Shown: positions 57,801 to 64,000 of the stretch, piece after piece | Layout of the letters: each line of letters opens with the position of its first letter | How positions within the stretch are numbered: the stretch's first letter is position 1 | Source of the DNA: Tubiluchus corallicola | Taxonomy: Eukaryota; Animalia; Priapulida | Direction of reading: 5' to 3' | Length of the DNA: 64,000 nucleotides | Assembly: GCA_030141605.1 (NCBI GenBank) | Contig: JAQGDQ010000207.1 | Span: forward strand, 294,526 to 358,525 | The notes under the pieces: generated by a model | The model's database searches: none | What the model was told of the DNA's origin: nothing | What the model saw: the letters and a program-made list of their open reading frames with translations, nothing else | Made by a program: the position numbers and the translations under genes

Positions 57801-60800
57801 TGCGCACAAGAGTTACTTTCTTTTAAATTGACAGTCTATCTGCAGTTCACTAATTATAACACTAAATATAGTAATAATTAGCAGAACTATAGTTATAACA
57901 TAGCCTGTAATCTATAAACTGAATCAAGGTAACTGTGCGTCAGTGGCACAACGATCGAGGCAGTGATGAGACTGCTGATCAGAATGGGTTCACCACAGTT
58001 CCCAACCTGTTTTGAGAATGTTCTCAGTGCGAAATAAAGAAGCAAGAGCAGAACATTTTAAGCGTCGTCTGGGCATTTTGTTTAAAAATTTTCAGCCTTA
58101 CTGTATAGTTTAACAACTAATTATGTGCCAAGACATGTAAACAATAGTCATTTCACTATACTGCTAAAAGCTGATACTGCAGTGCATGCAAAGTACAAAA
58201 ACAATGAAGACAACTGACTGTGGGTGATTCATACAGTTCTTGCATGTATTAATGTCACTTATTATTTAATTAGTTTATGCAAATATGCACAAAGTGCACG
58301 TAGTTTTTACAATTACAAAATAATACAATATAAAATAAAATCAAAAATTAATGATTCATTAAGTAATAACGATTAAATCATCAATTAAAAGTTTCAAGCT
58401 TCAAATTTCAAGTTTATTGTTATTACACTGGATATAAACTTACGCTGAGTTTGTGTGAAAAATGCGCATAAATATGGCCAATTACTAATGATACTGTCAC
58501 ATTTTGCCAAGACCACCTCGAACTGATGAAGCCCATATAAAAAACACATTGCAACTATTTTAGGATAAAACAGTTCAAATTTTACGATGACTAAAGTTTA
58601 TGAAGATATTTCTTTATAAGACCACGAGGTTGCTGATGGAATAAACGTATCTTCATATCTGGATGTTTTAACTTTGGTTAATATAAACTGATAGCACGAT
58701 GATCAGAATAACAACGATCTGGAAACAAACCAGTAAACAAAAACCTACCCAGATGTCAAAAACCTCGTTAGTTATGGACTTAAAATTTATGATCAACTAA
58801 AAAGAAGTAGTTTTTTCCAGCTAACAATTATACAAACATAAATGAAAACAAAAACATAATTATGTTGAGTCAGCAAGACAAGTTAAATTATCTCACCTCC
58901 AGTAGCAGCAGATTGTATATCAACATTTAGATGCTGAGCCATGTACCCTAGGGTAGCAAATGCGGACACACCCACAATGATGTTAGTAATCATGTCTGCT
59001 AGAACTATACCACTGGCATACCTAAAATGAACCAACAAATATAAAAACAGCAAATTTAAGATGAGTAATTCTCACAGAAAAAGCATGTCACCATCATCAT
59101 CATCATCATCACCATCGCCGCCACCACCACCATCATCCTCATCATTATCATCACCATCATCATCATCGCCATCATCATCATCACCATCATCATCTCCACC
59201 ACCACCATCATCATTATCCTGATCATCATCATCATATGCCCATTATGTCTATTGTAGACACTGGACAGGTAGAACTATGAAAGAAATTTTCTCTCAAGAC
59301 CGGTAAACACAGTAGTTATCCAGCAAAAAACTAAACACAGCTATGCGAAAGGCTTGACAGCACCATTTGTAAGTAAAATGCATGTCACATCTCTAATAAG
59401 ATAATTTACTCAAACAAATCAAACTTACTTATAAATGTTGCTGTCATAGTGTTGGTAACTTGAAAGAAGAATGCGACAACCGTAGCTGAGACACAAAGAA
59501 TGAAGAAGTGCAGCAGTCGCATGTAACCAAACCTACAAATAAAGAAAGACAGTGAATTTGTATACATGTAGATTATACAGAATTAGACAACAACCAAAAA
59601 AAATGTTGACTATAGAGTAGGATATGTTATAAGCATAAAGACGTAATAAAATTGTTAATAAAAGACATCCAAAACCAAATTACAAACTTGTGCTGTATGA
59701 CATCATTTGTAATTAAATTTGTCCTTGAGTTCTGCGGTCATGCCGTCGTTGGCAAATATCAATAAACAAAATGCTTAATATACCAGTTTTTAAGCCAGTT
59801 TCCATTTTAATTAGTAAACAATATAAACGTTTTCTCATTCCATTAAAAATGGTCTCTCATTTAAAAATATTTAATGTATTATTATAACATCATTGTGTTC
59901 TTTTTTAATATGAATTTTGAATGCTGTTCTTGGAACCAGCTACTGACACCAAGAAAACCAAAAACTTTGTGCCACCTGATATGTAAATTAATTATGGTTA
60001 TGGACCACATTTCCTCTCAAGATATAAAATTCAATAAAGATCAATAAATCAGCAGCATCAACATAAACAGTAGCAACGAAATTAGCATTGGTGGCTTACA
60101 GCAACAACTCCATTGCAATGGAAGCAATAATAAGACCGGTGCCAGTTCCTATACTCCACGATCTACAAATCCAAGTACTTTCACAGCAAGCTACATGGAG
60201 CAATATTGCAAGAATTTGAAATCTTACCGCAGGATCTGCCAGATTATCTAAACTTGGCACAAAGAAGTACACCAAACCATTGGCTGCACCAGGAAGAGTG
60301 ACACTTCTGGCTACTAGAGCCACAAACAACAGGTATGGAAATATCGTAATAATATACACATACTGCAACAAGAAAATAGCAACAGACATAAACAAATAAT
60401 GTCTTGCTTTGTTGAATCAAAAATTTCCATAAGGGTATAAAAATTTTCTAATAGTGACTGTACTTTTGCAGCTCCACGAGAATGGAATTAACTTCCGTTT
60501 AGCTTGCGTTCAATTACTGATTTTAACTGTTTTAGAATCTTTTTATTGCATCGTTTAATTAGTTCAAGTCTTAAAGCCTATTTTTACTATATCATTTAAT
60601 TAGTTGCCTTGTGAATTTTCATTGTATGCTTATATTTTATAGCAAATCATTCATGATGTAGACCTGTTTTATAGCACATCCGATAACTATAATTGTAAAT
60701 TTAAGCACCTTATAAATAAATTAACATTTATCATTTATCATTAAATACTCATCAATTTAAGGCAATGAGCCAAAGATATTAGATGGCAAAGGATATGATC

Positions 60801-63487
60801 CCTGACATTCACTGACAACTGAATGGAGTGCACCAACTTGCAGCCATTAAAAATATACCATAAAAACCAAAAAAACACACAATTTCAGCAAAATAAGATA
60901 AGTTTTGTGTAGGAAAAATTTATAGTCCATTTTTGGTTCATCCTTTTGTTATGCAGCACTGCTTTGTTGTTTCTGATTTGTGTTGTTACACATGATAAGT
61001 TCTTTTAATCTAACTGTGGTATTTCTTGTTTAGAATTCTTCACATTTTGATTTCATTTCAACAGGGTGCATTATGCTTCAAAAACAGTTAAGTTAGTATC
61101 AGTCGACAAAAAGCAGCAGCTCAGTAAAAAACTTAGTCCATGTATATAAGAAGAGCAGATATATTTACTTTTCTTGAATACATGGCTAATTTCAAAAAAT
61201 GGGTTTGCTGAAAACGTAATAACGATCAATTTGCATATGATGATATATTTCAGATCTCAACAGGTCATACCGCGTACATTTTTGCAGTGTTACAATTTGT
61301 AATTAGCACTATCATAATTTTAGGGCAATTTTAATAAAGTTTACCAACTATTGGTCCAAACATCATCAGCTTATTTGAGCTCAAGGGTTTTCGTGGACCA
61401 CAGGACCAAGAGTATGTTCATGTTTTATGATTTTTACTCATCTATATATAACTTCTTCATGTTAGATACCATACCACTGTATTCTTTTTTGCCTTTACTC
61501 ATCTAGGAGGTAAATTTCTTATTCACCTTTCAAGAAAGACGTTTTTATACTGTTTAACAATAAGTGGTATGCTGCATGCTTTTTGAGGATATACTTTGTC
61601 TTTCAAATTATTTTGATAAATGCGTTACTCTTGCTCCACAATCTGCTGTTAAGACTGTTATCATCATACACAAAAATGATGCAAGCGAAGTAATTGATGT
61701 GGACATTCACCTACCTTTCCCCTTTGCCTTATCCCCTTCCAGACAGTAAAATAAATTATGATCCAAGGAAATACCAGGACGAGAGCATCTGTCCATTGAA
61801 CATTACCAACAGTAACAAACTCGAATATATTCGCAACTCTCCTCCTACATGAGAAATAATTCAAAAATTATAAGTTATACATTTGGAATTCATATCATAA
61901 GCCAGGTGATATACAAAAACTGACCTTCGCCTTGAAGCACAACTTGTTTGTGAAAGGTCAAGTATTTCACACATAGGAGATTATTCTCTTGCTATAGCCA
62001 GTGCCTATTACGCAGGTCGACTGTTTTCAGAATAAACATAACAAACCACTGTTATGATTCAGCCCTCTTTAGCAGGTTTGTAAGGACTAGTCAGCCATAT
62101 GGGCTTAACGCACCACAAACGATTTATAATAACTAAGGCTTTTTCTTTTGAAGAGAAATGTGGTGTTCTTTTGCTGAGGTACCCTTAATGTGATTATTTG
62201 CATGAAAAATACATCAAGTTTTAGAGAAGCAGACTAGTCAAAACACCAAATAGTAAAACACTATTTTGCTACAGAAATATTAACAAAACGTTTTACTAAA
62301 CGATAATTTGTGAACATACCAACCCATGCAAAATTCACAGAAGTTTTACAAATTACAAGAAACTGACCGATCATAATAATGAAATAAAAGAAGTTAATCA
62401 TTCCTTCAGATGCCGAAAACTAAATTATTAAAAACTTGAAAATCCTTGACATACAAAAAATCATTAACCCTAGGCCACTTAAAATATTTCATGGTACATG
62501 TGAATACTGGCAATGGGATGAAATCGCACCCCATTCATTAAATATAGAAGAAACGATAAGGCATCATTTCGGTTGTTCACTAGACCTATGTTATGTCCTT
62601 TATTATTTTACAGTGTTAGTGAAAGCTGCATAAAGCATACACATGAAAAATTGTAAAAAATTAGCAGAAGACGTGTTTACATTCAGCCAGTTATATCATA
62701 TAACCATTTTTGGGCTCCAATGCCTAATACAGCATTTTTTTCTTAACAGTGGTAAATTTCAAGGCCGGTTGACAAGCAGTACAAAAATATTTAGTATTTG
62801 TTTACTTTCTTATTTTTACCTACAAACAATGGAGAAAGTCAATACAATGGCAATATCAGTGGATCCAAGGAAAGTGATATCATAATGCAAGTGATGTGTA
62901 AGAAATCAAATGACATCTACTTATAACAGACATAATCATTCAAACGCAGAATAAGACGTGCACTGGAGGCTACATGGCAACATGATTTAACTAAACAAAA
63001 CACTTCGTGTGTTTTTGTACCCAATTCCTAGTGGGTGAGGGCTAAATACTGACAGCAAGTACAAATGGTTACATAAAGAAATCACATGCATTACATGGTT
63101 CTTGTTCACAGAATATGCATACAGACTTGTAAATAATCTTGGATTCTTTACATTAATGGGCTCGTGTAATACTCTTATTAAGGAAACTCTTTTTACGGAA
63201 AATAGCATCAAGTTTAAAAATCAGGAAGTACATTAAAGCATACTCAAAAAACTCTGTCGTAGAATGCACCAAGCTAACGTTTCCCAAAACTGACTCAGTT
63301 GAGTTCTGTGACAAATCTGTCAAGTTCTCATTCCGGACACACTGTGCAGTATTCCATGCGTTGCTACACACAGACCAAGGCATAACACTGTGTAAACATT
63401 TAACTGTATAGTAGACGCCCCACGCCATGATGACACCATAGTACGAAGCAAGGATGAAAGCTATGATGGTTGAAGCTAAACCAACAC
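41824..63487 (-). CDS. SLC6 / neurotransmitter:sodium symporter family protein, atypical (TM3 to C-terminus; 5' exons lie beyond the window)
   Basis: Minus-strand exons 63487-63244, 61844-61715, 60362-60228, 59532-59429, 59021-58897, 49431-49319, 47656-47516, 46667-46568, 45648-45548, 45102-44902, 44557-44420, 42414-41824; all GT-AG and in frame. SLC6 motifs: SYYGVIMAW, PWSVCSNAWNTAQC, EFFERRV, WKGIRQRGK, FPY..RSVTLPGA, LGYMA, GPG, GGVYIIQLCD, YPLWA..LGW. Exon sizes 135/104/125/113/100/101 are those typical of SLC6 genes. Confidence 0.93.
47726..48012. mobile_element. Fold-back element family C, second locus (one full arm, one partial arm)
   Basis: 47726-47870 matches 37705-37864 and 47938-48012 matches the start of the 37970 arm. 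Minus-strand motif GC-GTGAATA-T-GACA-TTAAC-TGTC-GAAACTTT-GCA at 47790-47824. Confidence 0.72.
48600..49300 (+). mobile_element. L2/CR1-group LINE 3' fragment (decayed ORF2 C-terminus + 3' end)
   Basis: IGKIRHTL..LIYVFITSKLDYCSSLLFGLP..KLQLIQN..EHITPILKELQWLPI is the typical L2 ORF2 C-terminal pattern. It continues with stops and frameshifts to ..SFKQHLKTCLF. Confidence 0.88.
50610..50797. repeat. Degenerate (CAT/CAC)n low-complexity tract
   Basis: Visible trinucleotide repeat; a similar tract lies at 59088-59235. Confidence 0.85.
51748..51821. repeat. Compound (CA)(TA)(TG)(TA) dinucleotide repeat upstream of the GPCR
   Basis: Visible dinucleotide runs. Confidence 0.92.
52284..53336 (+). CDS. 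Intronless class A (rhodopsin-like) GPCR, orphan, 350 aa, nested antisense in an SLC6 intron
   Basis: Single ORF with seven hydrophobic segments. Motifs: TM1 SNSLV, TM2 LSATD, TM3 Cys and ERYIAV, TM4 W, ECL2 Cys, TM6 CCTPF, TM7 NSFVNVIVY, helix 8 EFQKAF. N-terminal NxT sequons; AATAAA at 53589. Confidence 0.93.
   Translation: MIMSPTARYYLLFNFTNETVNWEYENGTTTEYFQSQTLKSSRIVMIVTRIIYVLIALTIIWSNSLVLIAVARFHQVQKHLRNWFIASLSATDFLTGIYLCVAPYVLTFIPDPPKVLCLSLYTVHNMNITQTANSLLFVTIERYIAVAHPFLYMSVVKPKSIKFIIVISWIEASIIGGAVWIHNSWFVNSFCVYEAVISKQSLYLMDAHLLVSMTAMCGIYAKMYLIARRHYHSVAAADAQDTGMKSNLHLAKVYFLITGLYIICCTPFLVISLVVLETKFENHYQWVRRIGYFMLYSNSFVNVIVYASRLGEFQKAFRKLLSPWRSTDVLRSANGSLRSHNRNITTEGEV
54031..54428. mobile_element. 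Probable non-autonomous DNA transposon
   Basis: CAG...CTG ends with GC-rich subterminal regions, flanked by the 5-bp direct repeat TAATG. TIR match is imperfect. Confidence 0.5.
55990..56225 (+). mobile_element. Decayed LINE ORF2 C-terminal fragment
   Basis: LECLEQRR ... VRTSRYK pattern resembles the C-terminus of CR1-group ORF2; short and diverged. Confidence 0.5.
56353..56720 (+). mobile_element. Penelope-like pseudo-LTR remnant: ~80-88-bp tandem repeats, hammerhead-like motif and AATAAA
   Basis: Three tandem units start at 56353, 56433 and 56521. CCA-CTGATGA-T-GAC..GTC-GAAAACTT-TGG at 56641-56679; AATAAA at 56711. Confidence 0.6.
57474..57755. repeat. ~157-bp tandem duplication
   Basis: Two diverged copies starting ctgagaatgttag at 57474 and 57631. 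Confidence 0.85.
60430..60722 (+). mobile_element. L2-like LINE extreme 3' fragment
   Basis: Translation FAAPREWN*LPFSLRSITDFNCF matches the L2 ORF2 terminus; followed by an AT-rich 3' end with ataaataaa. Confidence 0.6.
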
Positions 63488-64000
63488 CTGAAAAAAGGTT
63501 TTTTTACAAAGTAGTTTAATAATCTTCAAAACAAAATCTGGCATTATTAAACATATCTAAACAGGAATATTTTCTCTAAGTATCAACTAGCATCTTCACT
63601 TCAGTATATAAAACAGTCATTCTAAATTATAGTAAGTCCTTGCTTAATTACTCCTCGCTTGGCAACGTTTCATTTTAACGACGCTGAGCATTTGCTACCT
63701 TTTCTCTCTTAATGACGCACATTTCATTTCAACGACAATTTTTTTAGTTTGCACAAAGTCATTTTTTATTTGCTCAACAAATCTTTTACCATATTTCAAG
63801 AATATACAGTGTACATACTATGTTATTCTATTCTAAAAACGCACTAGTAATATAAAACAGTATAATTATTATATGCTTTTGCTGCCCGACTGACTACTAA
63901 ATGCTAGCCGTTTGAACGAGATCTATTTGCGAAGACGCCTGCAGGCACCTGAGTGCATACTTTATGTGAAATAATTTTGCCCACAACCTGTTCCTATAGC

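Noticed and set aside
58520-58545. CTGATGAAGCCC hammerhead-like start (also TTGATGAAGG at 47887)
   Set aside because: No complementary stem II strand or GAAA follows.

Overview
AT-rich, intron-containing animal (probably invertebrate) genomic DNA; the species cannot be identified from the sequence. The + strand (1-39.4 kb) holds a tandem array of three divergent Kelch paralogues with a shared exon structure: the 3' part of paralogue 1 and complete models of BTB-BACK-6xKelch paralogues 2 (~705 aa) and 3 (~741 aa, with a GC-AG last intron). The - strand (41.8-63.5 kb) holds a convergent, 5'-truncated SLC6/NSS transporter gene. It has canonical exon sizes but strongly substituted ion/substrate-site motifs and a ~250-aa C-terminal tail. 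An intronless class A GPCR with altered CWxP and NPxxY motifs is nested antisense in its 9.5-kb intron. Introns contain several MITE families, a deleted Gypsy-like LTR element (PBS and target-site duplication intact), a tRNA-headed SINE, L2/CR1 and Penelope fragments, and long microsatellites. They also contain a fold-back repeat family carrying minimal hammerhead-ribozyme-like motifs with a compensatory G3:C8 core. All exon models were read by hand from splice signals and reading-frame continuity; no database search was run.
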